64,000 nt of DNA. Origin: an uncultured virus (IMG/VR IMGVR_UViG_3300041411_000304) (Duplodnaviria; Heunggongvirae; Uroviricota; Caudoviricetes). Position 1 is the first letter of the stretch. Each line of letters opens with the position of its first letter. Both the position numbers and the translations under genes were made by a program. The stretch lies in the IMG/VR virus record IMGVR_UViG_3300041411_000304; one strand, written 5' to 3'. Under the pieces are notes generated by a model that saw nothing but the letters and a program-made list of their open reading frames with translations, was not told where the DNA came from and ran no database searches. Below are positions 1-9,055 of the stretch, one piece after another.

Positions 1-230
1 GTAACGAAGACCGGCAGGAGGTTCTGGGTGCGCGCGTCAGCCAGATACTTCAGAAAGACCGGATTGGCCGAGTCGCGGTGCAGTTGGCCGTGGTATTCGT
101 CATAGACCGAGTGTCTGACTCCGCCATCCAGCCCGTTGTCAGGAAGGAGGTGGCGACGGTGTTGGTCAAGGGTGGCACAGCCGTCCAGGTCGAAGATGAC
201 CATGCCGGCGAAAACAAGTGTTTCACTCAT
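1..230 (-). CDS. HAD-superfamily phosphatase (polynucleotide kinase/phosphatase-like), runs off window start
   Basis: Manual translation from ATG at 230: MSETLVFAGMVIFDLDGC...LLPVFVT; HAD motif I DxDG and motif II Thr. Confidence 0.7.
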   Translation of the reverse strand, partial: MSETLVFAGMVIFDLDGCATLDQHRRHLLPDNGLDGGVRHSVYDEYHGQLHRDSANPVFLKYLADARTQNLLPVFV

Positions 231-245
231 GAGGCTCAAAGCTCC

Positions 246-1025
246 TTACATCGATTTGCCGTCGACAGCGACGGGGTTGGCTTGCTGTTTTGCGGAGGAC
301 CAGAACACCTGCCGGAGTTCTTCCTGCTCGGCATTGCGATCCATCCAAGGACGGTAGAACTGGCAATGTTTCTTGCCCCAGCGCGGGAAGGCGCAAGAAC
401 CGGTTGCCACGCAGTTTACCTGGATGAGCGGGTCGAATTCCGGATAGATTTCCAACACCAAACGGCGCATCTCGCGGAAGACGTCCTGGTATTCGCCTTG
501 GGTGCGCGCACAGAGGCGGTTCTTTGCCATATCACTCATCGTGCGCAAGTTGAACTTGGCCTTGATGTTGGTCGACATGTTGGATGGTGCCAGCGCACGA
601 GCGTCTTGGAGTTCGGCGCCGTTCGCCAGCAGGGCGTTGTAGTGGGCCTGGGCGTCGGACATGGCATCGAACCAGATGCTGCCAAGGGGCGTCAACTCGC
701 CGCCCTCTTGAACCTTGCCAAAGGCTTCCGGCATCACGGTGCTGCTGTAGATGTCGACCTCCAGGGCGCGGCTGGTTTCCTGCTGATAGGCGCCGGTTCG
801 GGTGCGGACCAGCTGATGGGTAAAGTTCTTGCTGACGCCCTCGATGTTGAAGATGAAGTCAACGAACTCGAAAGGCGACTTGATGGTGTCCAGCATGTAG
901 CGCCAGTGCTCTTGCTTCTCGGCCTCTGTCATCTCTTCCGGAGACTTGCCGCGCATACGGGTCGTCTTGGTTCCAATCAGGAGTTCCAAGGCGTTTTGGG
1001 TGTAGCTAATCAGCGAGACTTTCAT
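246..1025 (-). CDS. thyX: FAD-dependent thymidylate synthase (divergent)
   Basis: HQLVRTRTGAYQQETSR (ThyX RHRx7S-like), DARALAP, FNLR, RLC..QGE motifs. Confidence 0.85.
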   Translation of the reverse strand: MKVSLISYTQNALELLIGTKTTRMRGKSPEEMTEAEKQEHWRYMLDTIKSPFEFVDFIFNIEGVSKNFTHQLVRTRTGAYQQETSRALEVDIYSSTVMPEAFGKVQEGGELTPLGSIWFDAMSDAQAHYNALLANGAELQDARALAPSNMSTNIKAKFNLRTMSDMAKNRLCARTQGEYQDVFREMRRLVLEIYPEFDPLIQVNCVATGSCAFPRWGKKHCQFYRPWMDRNAEQEELRQVFWSSAKQQANPVAVDGKSM

Positions 1026-1098
1026 GAGCTTTCTCAGGTGTATTGGTTGAAGATGCGGGAGTTGATTATAAGGACTCTATATCCCATAGGGCAACTCC

Positions 1099-1515
1099 TT
1101 AATTGCCAATTCTAACCGGTTCTGGTGGACACGCATCGAAGGCGCCCATGAATGGGATTCCGCAGATTGGTTGGACGTCGTGGCCGGCGCAATACGGTTG
1201 CGTCAGTTCGTAGTTCCGCATATTGGCCATGAAGTGCAGCGCCTGGTTCTCGCCATATCCTCCGACGATCTCATTGTCAGGCGCTATCCGGAGCGGGATT
1301 GACTGAATGTGATCGTTGCCGCAGCGCGGGATGACCTTCAGGCGCCAGCACGGCTCGATGCCGTAGCGGATGGAGTCCTGAGTGCAGACATAGCGGGTTT
1401 CTGCGGATTGGGCCTGGGACGTATACAGGATGACAAGGACGCCAATCATTACACCAATCATGGCGACCATCAGGCCGGCGATGATCATCGCAGCCTCTCT
1501 GGAGTACGGTTTCAT
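1099..1515 (-). CDS. hypothetical protein with N-terminal membrane anchor, Cys-rich
   Basis: Start MKPYSRE after AGGAG; hydrophobic IIAGLMVAMIGVMIGVLVILY. Confidence 0.6.
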   Translation of the reverse strand: MKPYSREAAMIIAGLMVAMIGVMIGVLVILYTSQAQSAETRYVCTQDSIRYGIEPCWRLKVIPRCGNDHIQSIPLRIAPDNEIVGGYGENQALHFMANMRNYELTQPYCAGHDVQPICGIPFMGAFDACPPEPVRIGN

Positions 1516-1516
1516 G

Positions 1517-1732
1517 TCAGTATCGCTCCTGCAATTTCGGGTCGGTTTCCTGGATGTAGATTTCGAAGAAGCGTGCTGTGGGCGCCAGTCGTTGGATGCG
1601 CTCCAGAGCCTGGGTCGCCGTTTCCCACTCACCAACGGTGAATGTAACGTATTCGTCTTGGACTTCCATCAACTCGCTGACTGGGTTCCTGACTAGGTCA
1701 CGGCGCTTAATTGCCTTGATGATCGTTGCCAT
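1517..1732 (-). CDS. hypothetical protein
   Basis: ORF in tightly packed minus-strand operon. Confidence 0.6.
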   Translation of the reverse strand: MATIIKAIKRRDLVRNPVSELMEVQDEYVTFTVGEWETATQALERIQRLAPTARFFEIYIQETDPKLQERY

Positions 1733-1943
1733 CTTTCGGTTCCTGCTCTACCAGTTTCACAATATCGTTGAGTGGCATCTTGATGCCGTTGAAGAAATAC
1801 GAACCGCGCAGGACTGGCCTGCCGTCCGCCATCAGGACGCGCCCGGTAAATGTCAGCTGCCCACCGCCCAGGCCGTCGCAATCCTTGAAGAAGGCGTGAA
1901 TGGCCCTGGCCAGCGCGGCTGCGCGCTCGTCAACGCCTGCCAA
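1707..1943 (-). CDS. hypothetical protein, resembles C-terminus of 2335-2943
   Basis: RGSYFFNGIKMPLNDI vs RAFYYMDGKLTPLNMI. Confidence 0.55.
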   Translation of the reverse strand: MAGVDERAAALARAIHAFFKDCDGLGGGQLTFTGRVLMADGRPVLRGSYFFNGIKMPLNDIVKLVEQEPKDGNDHQGN

Positions 1944-2286
1944 AGCTCAAGCCGTCATCGCCATCGAAGAAGGATTTGCCCTTGATGGGCGTCGGGTCTT
2001 GCGGAGCGCCACCAAGCACGGCGAGAATCTGACGCTGGTGCTCGTTGATCTGGCGCAACTCGTCGTGCTGGGCGGATTGGACTAGCCAGAGGCCGAACGT
2101 CAGGGCGAACGCGACGACGAAGGCTATGGCCATCAGAACCAGCTGCCAGGGCGCGACGTCGCCGCGACCCACAGGGGAGTCGGGGGAGGCCAAGGCCAGC
2201 GCAGAGACCAAGAGGATGGCCATAAGACCAATGAGGAAGAGGCCGAGGACGAAGACGTCCACAACCTTGATCAGCATCGCTTTCAT
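1930..2286 (-). CDS. two-TM membrane protein
   Basis: Two hydrophobic stretches; AGGAG RBS. Confidence 0.65.
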   Translation of the reverse strand: MKAMLIKVVDVFVLGLFLIGLMAILLVSALALASPDSPVGRGDVAPWQLVLMAIAFVVAFALTFGLWLVQSAQHDELRQINEHQRQILAVLGGAPQDPTPIKGKSFFDGDDGLSFGRR

Positions 2287-2334
2287 TTGGTGGTACTCCT
2301 ACGGAAGATGGGAGCCTTTCGGCTCCCGGTTGGG

Positions 2335-2943
2335 TTATTTGGCATCCTCACGGCGCTGGATTTCCTGGGCCACCGCAAGGATCATGTTCAGAGGGGTCAG
2401 CTTGCCGTCCATGTAGTAGAAGGCACGGATGAAGGTGGTGCCGTGCTGGTTCCGTACCATATGGACATTGGCGGTGACGCGCAGGTTCCCAAAGATTTCG
2501 TGCAACTCCAGGCCGCGAGCGTACTGGGACTTGCGCAGCTCCATCATCTTGCGGATGGTGGACTGGACGGCTTCAACGCGCTCATCGGTCTTGCGCTCGG
2601 CCTTGACGATTTCGGCGCCTTTGATGGCTTGGCGCAGGTCGGCCAGGTCATCGAACTTGTCAGCGATGAACTTGGCCTCCGGCATGTAACCGAGAAGCTC
2701 AGCACGACGCTTGGCATTCCAAACGTGCAGGTCAAGATTCATCCAGTAAGCGCTTTCCAGGGCCTCGGTACGGCTGACATCGTCAGCACGCAGGTCCCAG
2801 GTCATCTGGTGGACATCACCCTTCAGGATATCAGCGGCGCGGTTCAGCTGGTCCAGGGCGCCCTTCTGGCCGGCCTTGGAGGTGAAACCAGCTTCCAGAG
2901 CGGAGTTGGCGAAGTCAACGCGGGTTTCGAAGGTAATTGCCAT
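2335..2943 (-). CDS. hypothetical early protein
   Basis: GGAG RBS, own promoter, downstream hairpin. Confidence 0.75.
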   Translation of the reverse strand: MAITFETRVDFANSALEAGFTSKAGQKGALDQLNRAADILKGDVHQMTWDLRADDVSRTEALESAYWMNLDLHVWNAKRRAELLGYMPEAKFIADKFDDLADLRQAIKGAEIVKAERKTDERVEAVQSTIRKMMELRKSQYARGLELHEIFGNLRVTANVHMVRNQHGTTFIRAFYYMDGKLTPLNMILAVAQEIQRREDAK

Positions 2944-2975
2944 GTCATTTTCTCCAGTGGCTTTGGCGAGAAGTT

Positions 2976-3021
2976 CGCCGTTTCAATGATTCCATTATAC
3001 GTCATTGAAACGGCGCGTCAA
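2976..3021 (-). promoter_or_regulatory. sigma70-like promoter with -10 in the loop of a 14-bp inverted repeat
   Basis: TTGACG-16-TATAAT; arms 2976-2989 / 3002-3015. Confidence 0.75.
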
Positions 3022-3083
3022 GCGGAAAGTGAACAGAAAGTGAAATTATTTGAGAGGGCCTTTCGGCCATCCCACAACCTCCA

Positions 3084-3527
3084 TCACCTCTTGCTTGCCT
3101 TGGGCTTACGGGCCTTGAGTTCCTCCAGGTCTTTCCGACGCGCGGCTACATATCCACTTTCGCCGCGACTGGCGAGGCTTTCGTTGATTTGGGCCTCAGT
3201 GCGTTTGATCTCATAGACCAGCCATTCAGCGGAGCACTGCAGGCAGAAAGCTTCAGCGGCCTCATCGGACATTAACTTGAAGGTGGCATCACTTTGGTAG
3301 TGGTGCGCTGGGCGGTCGCCTTCCGGGTTGCAATTCGCTGGCATCTCGCCAAACCCGATTTCTGGGCGGAAGTTGCTGCCCATCATCTGTCCGGTGATGT
3401 CATCGCTCAGTGTCATCTTCTTCGCGCCACAGGACTCTACTTTGGCAGTCTGGAAGTAGAAATTCCCATTGCCACGAGTGATGTAGGTGACCAGTTCGCC
3501 CTTGCTGAATGTCTTTGCTTTTGCCAT
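3084..3527 (-). CDS. hypothetical early protein
   Basis: Start MAKAKTF after AAGGAG. Confidence 0.75.
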   Translation of the reverse strand: MAKAKTFSKGELVTYITRGNGNFYFQTAKVESCGAKKMTLSDDITGQMMGSNFRPEIGFGEMPANCNPEGDRPAHHYQSDATFKLMSDEAAEAFCLQCSAEWLVYEIKRTEAQINESLASRGESGYVAARRKDLEELKARKPKASKR

Positions 3528-3554
3528 TTTGCGATCTCCTTTTAGAGTGTTTCG

Positions 3555-3597
3555 CGCTTCAATGAGTTCATTATACGCCATCGAAGCGGTGTGTCAA
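3555..3597 (-). promoter_or_regulatory. consensus sigma70 promoter with -10 inside an inverted repeat
   Basis: TTGACA-16-TATAAT. Confidence 0.8.
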
Positions 3598-3620
3598 GCA
3601 GAATCGAGCACTGAAGTGAA

Positions 3621-4619
3621 TTATTTTCTTCTGGCCATATAGAGGTTGGCGCCGTAGTTCGCCGCGCGCATCAACTTCTCGATGACGTCCAGGTCGTCCA
3701 CGAGGTCGTCCAAGAGGACATTCCTCCACGTGGCGAAGCGCCCCAGGCTGTAGACGTTGTGCCGGGTGGTCAGCTCATACATGTACGCTTCGCGCTCGGC
3801 CTTCTCCAGCGGGACGATCTTGCCATGGCTCTGGATGGCCTTCTCATGTGTTGACATGTCCAGCCAGTCACGCTCCAGGCCAAGGGCGTGGCAGACGGTA
3901 TCCAGGTCGAATTGATCCAGCTCTTCCAGATTCATCTGGGTGAAGCCGGCCACCTCCGGAAACTTCACCAGGCGCTCGATGATGAGTACATCGCCAGTCA
4001 GGCTGGCGCGATAGACCGGCGTGTCAAAATCGGTGAAGTATACTGTCTGGTACACATCGCAGTTCACCTTGAGGTTGAAACGATGGACCATGATTGCGGC
4101 AGCGGAATCGCGACGGCCAAACGTGCCGTTTTCGAACCCGATTCCAGTGAGCTTGAGCATGGCCGGCATCGGCATGGTGGAGATGATCGGTCGCGGCTCA
4201 ACGGACCGGTCGATGACATCCATGGTGGCCGGCGTGTCCCATGTCACACGGTCGCCTACCTTGGTCAGCAGCTGCTCATAGAAGTCCTCCGGGGCCACAT
4301 AGCGCACCGAGGGCGACAGGTCCAGGATCGAACGCGAGGCAATGCCAGCCGATACTTTGACGGAATAGCGGTTTGCCAGGTGGAGCGGGCAACGGTCGCG
4401 CGTCAGCAGTCCTGATTCGTCGCTGTAGACGGCCTTTTGTACTTCCACCCTTTTGAACGGAATGCCCGTCAAATGGCTGACTTCCTCATTGCGGAAGCGA
4501 AGCAGGGCGCGGTGGCGCTCTTTGTTCGATTCGCTGGCAGCGTCGATGACCAGGCCTTGGGTGAACTTGCATGCTGCGATGAGGCCGGCCATGCCAGCGC
4601 CGATGATAATGGGGTTCAT
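3621..4619 (-). CDS. FAD/NAD(P)-binding oxidoreductase
   Basis: N-terminal IIGAGMAG Rossmann motif; C-terminal SLGRFATWRN. Confidence 0.75.
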   Translation of the reverse strand: MNPIIIGAGMAGLIAACKFTQGLVIDAASESNKERHRALLRFRNEEVSHLTGIPFKRVEVQKAVYSDESGLLTRDRCPLHLANRYSVKVSAGIASRSILDLSPSVRYVAPEDFYEQLLTKVGDRVTWDTPATMDVIDRSVEPRPIISTMPMPAMLKLTGIGFENGTFGRRDSAAAIMVHRFNLKVNCDVYQTVYFTDFDTPVYRASLTGDVLIIERLVKFPEVAGFTQMNLEELDQFDLDTVCHALGLERDWLDMSTHEKAIQSHGKIVPLEKAEREAYMYELTTRHNVYSLGRFATWRNVLLDDLVDDLDVIEKLMRAANYGANLYMARRK

Positions 4620-4701
4620 TCTTGTTCCTGTCCGTTTGCTGATGTACTTTCGTGTGGCGACAAAAAAGGGCCATTTCTGGCCCCTTATTGGTTGCGGCTG
4701 G

Positions 4702-5586
4702 TTACGCTTCAGCGTCCTCGGCCACCGGCTCTTCTTCGGTGTCGACCGGATCGGTGTCCAGGTTGACGTCGCGATCCTGGCCGGCTTCCGGCTCTTGCTC
4801 CGGCTTGTCAGCCGGTGCCTGGGTTTCCAGGACGGTGAAGTCCAGGTGGCCCATCTCTTCCAGCTTGCTCAGGAAGCTACGGATGCTGGAGCCGTAGAGC
4901 ATGTGCTTGACTTCCTCACCGAAGGAGGCGATGTCAACCGGCACGCCGATTTCGCAGTTATCCTTGATGTACTGGAAGACCTTGCCGCGAACCGAATGGG
5001 CCTGCGGCTGGGACAGACCTTCACCGGTGTAGATGAAGTGGGTGGCACGGGCACGACGGCTGCCGGCGCTCTTGGTTTCGTTGCGACGCTCTTCGATGGC
5101 CAGCTTGCGACCTTCGGCAGCAGCTTTGCGGTCCAACTTGGCCTGGGCCTTGGCATCGGCCTTGTCCTGCTTGGCCTTGGCCTTGGCCTCTTCGCGCTCG
5201 GCCTTGGCGACTTCCTGGGCGGCCTTGCGCTCTTCGGCCTTGGCCAGCTTGTCGGCTTCGCGCTGCTCGGCAGCTTTGGCGCGTTCAGCGGCCTTCTCTT
5301 CGGCCTTGGCGGCCTTGGCGGCCTCGCGTTCAGCGGCCTTCTCAGCGGCCTTGGATTCGCGTTCAGCGGCCTTCTGTTCAGCCTTGGCAGCGCGCTCGGA
5401 CTCTTTGGCCTTGTTCTGCTCTTCGCGCTTGGCTTCCTTCTCGGCCAGCTTGGCTTCGCGCTCCTGCTGCTTCTTCAGCGCCTTGGCCTCGCGCTCCTGC
5501 TGCTTCTCCAGGCGCTTGGTTTCACGCTCCTGGGCCTTCTCTTCTTTGGACTTGACGTGTACGGTTTCGGTGCCGGTGCCGTTCAT
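4702..5586 (-). CDS. Lys/Glu/Ala-rich coiled-coil protein with possible C-terminal DNA-binding domain
   Basis: ~160 aa charged low-complexity helix, then globular segment and acidic tail. Confidence 0.7.
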   Translation of the reverse strand: MNGTGTETVHVKSKEEKAQERETKRLEKQQEREAKALKKQQEREAKLAEKEAKREEQNKAKESERAAKAEQKAAERESKAAEKAAEREAAKAAKAEEKAAERAKAAEQREADKLAKAEERKAAQEVAKAEREEAKAKAKQDKADAKAQAKLDRKAAAEGRKLAIEERRNETKSAGSRRARATHFIYTGEGLSQPQAHSVRGKVFQYIKDNCEIGVPVDIASFGEEVKHMLYGSSIRSFLSKLEEMGHLDFTVLETQAPADKPEQEPEAGQDRDVNLDTDPVDTEEEPVAEDAEA

Positions 5587-5682
5587 TGCGTAAAACTCCT
5601 AATGTTCGCTACAGTTATTGAGGACTGCCCTCTGTGAAACAAAGTATCTAATAATTGGTTGCTATTAGGCAAGCCCCTGAAA

Positions 5683-5747
5683 TGGACTTTCCGAAAGTTT
5701 TTTAAGATTCGGAAAGTCCAACTAACTCAGCAACTAAGCACAACTAA
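5683..5747. repeat. 13-bp inverted repeat plus three CAACTAA direct repeats
   Basis: TGGACTTTCCGAA 5683-5695 / TTCGGAAAGTCCA 5708-5720; CAACTAA at 5719, 5731, 5741. Confidence 0.8.
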
Positions 5748-5753
5748 GAAGTT

Positions 5754-6953
5754 TTAACTGCGCTGCATCCGCAAAAACTTAATTGCTCTGGTAATACCGG
5801 TGTACATCAACTTCGAATAGGAACAACCCGGCAAAGAACCTTCCAACAGGAACACGCGCGGCCACTCTGAGCCCTGCGACTTGTGGACAGTCAAAGACCA
5901 GCCATAATCGAAGCCGCCGACCTTCTTTTGTTGTTCCTTCCTGGTTTCGAAGTCGTCCGTGAAGGCGTCCGGGTTGAACTTCACCCAGCGCTCTTTGCCG
6001 TCGCCAAGACAGCGGAGCTTCATCAGCCGCATGTTTTCCGGTTCATCGGAGTCTTCCTGGCCTTCAGGAACGTCCTTGAACTCCAGCACGATTCCCTGCT
6101 CACCGTTCATGACGCCATAGCCATGTTGGTTGAATGTGCATACAACCTTTTCACCGATGTTAGGCAGGATGCCGTTGAAGCCAAGCAGGCGCCGGGCCTT
6201 CCGGTTGTAATATTCGCGCTGCTTGTTGGAAACACAAAGGATGACGCTGTCTTCACCGAGGAAGCTGCTGATCACGCTGTCGTCGGCGTTCTGGTCGGTC
6301 ACCACGACGTCGTCATAGGAGCGCGGTGGAAGGCGCTTGCCTTCGCGAACGAACATAGAGGCGCGAACGATGTTGCCGGCGTTGCGTTCGATCTGGGTGA
6401 GGGTGAAGTCGGCACTGTCCTCGGTGAAGTAGACGGCAGCCTTGACCGGCTCCACCTGGCCAGTATCGCCCAGCGCCAGGATCGGCAGACGGCGCTCCAT
6501 GAGCCTGTCCATGTCGTAAGTGCCGACCATGGACGATTCGTCCATGACGACCAGCAGCGGGGCTTCATCCAACACGCCCTTGTCGGTGAAGATCGGGTCG
6601 CCGTTCTCATCCTCGCCGGCCAGGCGATAGATGAACTGGTGGATTGTCTTGGCGCCGGGACAACCTTTGTCGCGGAGTCGCGCAGCGGCCTTGCCGGTCG
6701 GCGCGATGAAGACGGCCCGATCCATGGTACAGCAGAGGTCGGTGATGATCTTGGCGATGGTTGTCTTGCCCGTACCGGCGAAGCCCGCCAGGAAGAACAC
6801 CTGCTTGCGGTGCTTCCGATCCTGCCAGCCAGCGTACCAGGTCACGGCCAGCGTGATGGCCTCATATTGCTGGTCATTGATCGGCACGCCATAGCGCTCG
6901 GCTAGGGTGTCCTTGTCCGGTACGCTGATTTGAAGCTTGTATGCTACGGCCAC
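5754..6953 (-). CDS. RecD/Dda-like SF1B DNA helicase
   Basis: Walker A GFAGTGKT, APTGKAA, DESSMV, LGDTGQ, TVHKSQGSEW, YTGITRA. Confidence 0.92.
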   Translation of the reverse strand: MAVAYKLQISVPDKDTLAERYGVPINDQQYEAITLAVTWYAGWQDRKHRKQVFFLAGFAGTGKTTIAKIITDLCCTMDRAVFIAPTGKAAARLRDKGCPGAKTIHQFIYRLAGEDENGDPIFTDKGVLDEAPLLVVMDESSMVGTYDMDRLMERRLPILALGDTGQVEPVKAAVYFTEDSADFTLTQIERNAGNIVRASMFVREGKRLPPRSYDDVVVTDQNADDSVISSFLGEDSVILCVSNKQREYYNRKARRLLGFNGILPNIGEKVVCTFNQHGYGVMNGEQGIVLEFKDVPEGQEDSDEPENMRLMKLRCLGDGKERWVKFNPDAFTDDFETRKEQQKKVGGFDYGWSLTVHKSQGSEWPRVFLLEGSLPGCSYSKLMYTGITRAIKFLRMQRS

Positions 6954-6965
6954 GTCTTTCTCCTG

Positions 6966-7520
6966 TTATGGCGTGAATGTTACTTTCGTTTTGTAGGCAA
7001 TTTCCGCGCGCGGCCACCAACTCTCATCGGCGTGTGGGCCGCGCAGACCGTGGATGAAGATTTGCGAGGTGAGAGAGTCTAAGTTAACTAGCATGGAGCC
7101 GTCTACGGACAGACCGTCGATGAGGCTATAACGGCGCCCACTCATATCGGTCCAATGTCTGGCGGTCTTGCGAAGATCGACCACGCCGGAAGGACGCCCG
7201 GTGGACACGTTATAGCGGGCTGCCTTGTGGGTGAACAGCTGGAACCCAGGCCGGTGATCCTCCCGTAGCCGTCGCAGCGTGCTGATGACTAGGTGTGGGC
7301 GCGCTGGCGCCGTGGCCCACCCATAGGGTGCCTGGAGCATCTGCCCGGATTCCCGGCACCACTTGAAGCCCTGGGCATCTATATAGGAGCGAACCGCCTC
7401 GCGCACGACGATGGTGGAGCGCCGGCCCAAGGTCCAGATCAACTCGCCAATGTAGTAGTCCTGTTCGGCTGCCTTAGAAGAGATTCTGGAGCGCACTATT
7501 CCTCCGGATTTTGACGTCAT
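6966..7520 (-). CDS. hypothetical protein
   Basis: Start MTSKSGG after AAGGAGG. Confidence 0.7.
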   Translation of the reverse strand: MTSKSGGIVRSRISSKAAEQDYYIGELIWTLGRRSTIVVREAVRSYIDAQGFKWCRESGQMLQAPYGWATAPARPHLVISTLRRLREDHRPGFQLFTHKAARYNVSTGRPSGVVDLRKTARHWTDMSGRRYSLIDGLSVDGSMLVNLDSLTSQIFIHGLRGPHADESWWPRAEIAYKTKVTFTP

Positions 7521-7639
7521 AAAGTTGTTGCCTCCTTTTCGATCTGACCTTATGATATTCGCAGATGGGACGTCAAACATGCCGACCCGTCAAGAACGCG
7601 AACTATAACCGATTTCCCACCACCCAGAAAGGTGATGTC

Positions 7640-8182
7640 ATGACCCAAGTGCCGAAACCCGAAGTAGTATCCATTGATGTGCCTGTGCTCGGTCTGTGCG
7701 TAGACGTTAACATGTCCCGATTCTGCCAGTATTTCCCACCTGCTGAGGCTCTGGTCTGGGACATCACAAACAACAAGTTCAAAGAAGCTTACCAAAGCTC
7801 CTGGCAACGCGAAGCTGTCGACCACGCAAACCGCATCATCGAGGTCTTCGCGGCGGCCACCCAGCTGGCAGAAGGCGAGTTGACCGAGGTGCGCGACCGT
7901 CTGGAGCTGGCGCAAGACCGTCTGGAATCGATGGAGCGTCACCAGGACTACTGGCGGAATGCCTATGCCGAGCACGGTGACGATGTAAACGGCAAGACCC
8001 AGGCGCTGCATGGCGCCAATTGCCAACTGTATGAGTTGCTGGGCGTATCTAATCAAACCGAGGCCGCCCTGCGAATTCGCGGCCTGATGGCCTTCGAGCG
8101 TGATGCACTCGGATGGCTGGAGGATACCAAAGAGGGCGTTTCCCGTCTGCTGGATCGTCCGAAGTATATCAGCGCTGGCTGA
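7640..8182 (+). CDS. hypothetical protein (coiled coil)
   Basis: Start MTQVPK after GAAAGGTG. Confidence 0.7.
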   Translation: MTQVPKPEVVSIDVPVLGLCVDVNMSRFCQYFPPAEALVWDITNNKFKEAYQSSWQREAVDHANRIIEVFAAATQLAEGELTEVRDRLELAQDRLESMERHQDYWRNAYAEHGDDVNGKTQALHGANCQLYELLGVSNQTEAALRIRGLMAFERDALGWLEDTKEGVSRLLDRPKYISAG

Positions 8183-8262
8183 ACCTTCTGCCTGCAGCCA
8201 AGGCGCGGTATAATCCCCAGCCGCGCCACCCACCAACTAGCCTCCAGCAAGAGGACACTTAT

Positions 8263-9054
8263 ATGAGCGTTTCCCACACACCAGTCACCGGGCGACTGCG
8301 CCGAATCCAAGAAGCCAGTGCCCGGAATATCCACAAGCGCCAGAAAGGCCCCGGCTATATCGAACCGACCCACGTGGTCAGCAAAGAGGTCGCGGCCTTT
8401 GTCAAACAAAACCTCAAAAACGGCCATCTATGGCTGCCGGCTGACCTGCTGATCGACCCGCGAGCGCCGATCACCCTCGGCTGCGTTGTGGCTGTGGTCA
8501 ACGAGGCTTCTGCCGAACCGGGCGCTGACGATATCGTCGGCATGTACCTAGGAGCCGTCAAGGGCCAAGGCAGCGGTCAACTGCGCGCCGTCATCGAGAC
8601 TGGCAGCTCCATCATTTACGTGCGCCCGGAGTTGATGAAGCGCATCAGCCGGGAGTTCGCGGACCTCTGGAACCCGAAGTGGATGCGACACCTGGGCCGT
8701 CGCATCCTCAAGAAGCTCAACCAGTGCGGCGTAATGCCCGGCGAAGAGGATAAGGTGCTGCACAGCATCCTCCGCCAAGTCATCTTTGATCGCAAATTCC
8801 TGGCCTGCGTTGATTCCGGTGCTGGGCTCAAGAATGCCGAATTTGCGGCCTTTGTCGCGCTGGACAACTGGGAGACGCGCGAAGATGACAACGCGCCAGG
8901 CAAATTCGTCGGATGGCGCTGCGCAAACCTTCTGATGAAATTCGGCTTCCCGGCTGGAAACCTTATGGGAGGATTCGTTAGCGCACTAAACGAATACCGT
9001 GATCTGCGCCTGAAGATCGAAGGCGTGATGCTGGCCAGCAAAGTGGAGTCCTGA
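8263..9054 (+). CDS. hypothetical protein
   Basis: Start MSVSHT after GAGGA; TATAAT upstream. Confidence 0.75.
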   Translation: MSVSHTPVTGRLRRIQEASARNIHKRQKGPGYIEPTHVVSKEVAAFVKQNLKNGHLWLPADLLIDPRAPITLGCVVAVVNEASAEPGADDIVGMYLGAVKGQGSGQLRAVIETGSSIIYVRPELMKRISREFADLWNPKWMRHLGRRILKKLNQCGVMPGEEDKVLHSILRQVIFDRKFLACVDSGAGLKNAEFAAFVALDNWETREDDNAPGKFVGWRCANLLMKFGFPAGNLMGGFVSALNEYRDLRLKIEGVMLASKVES

Positions 9055-9055
9055 A

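Noticed and set aside
4453..5637. Long plus-strand ORFs opposite the K/E/A-rich gene; TolA annotation
   Set aside because: Antisense shadows of low-complexity, GC3-rich coding sequence; the TolA likeness is compositional and there is no TM anchor.
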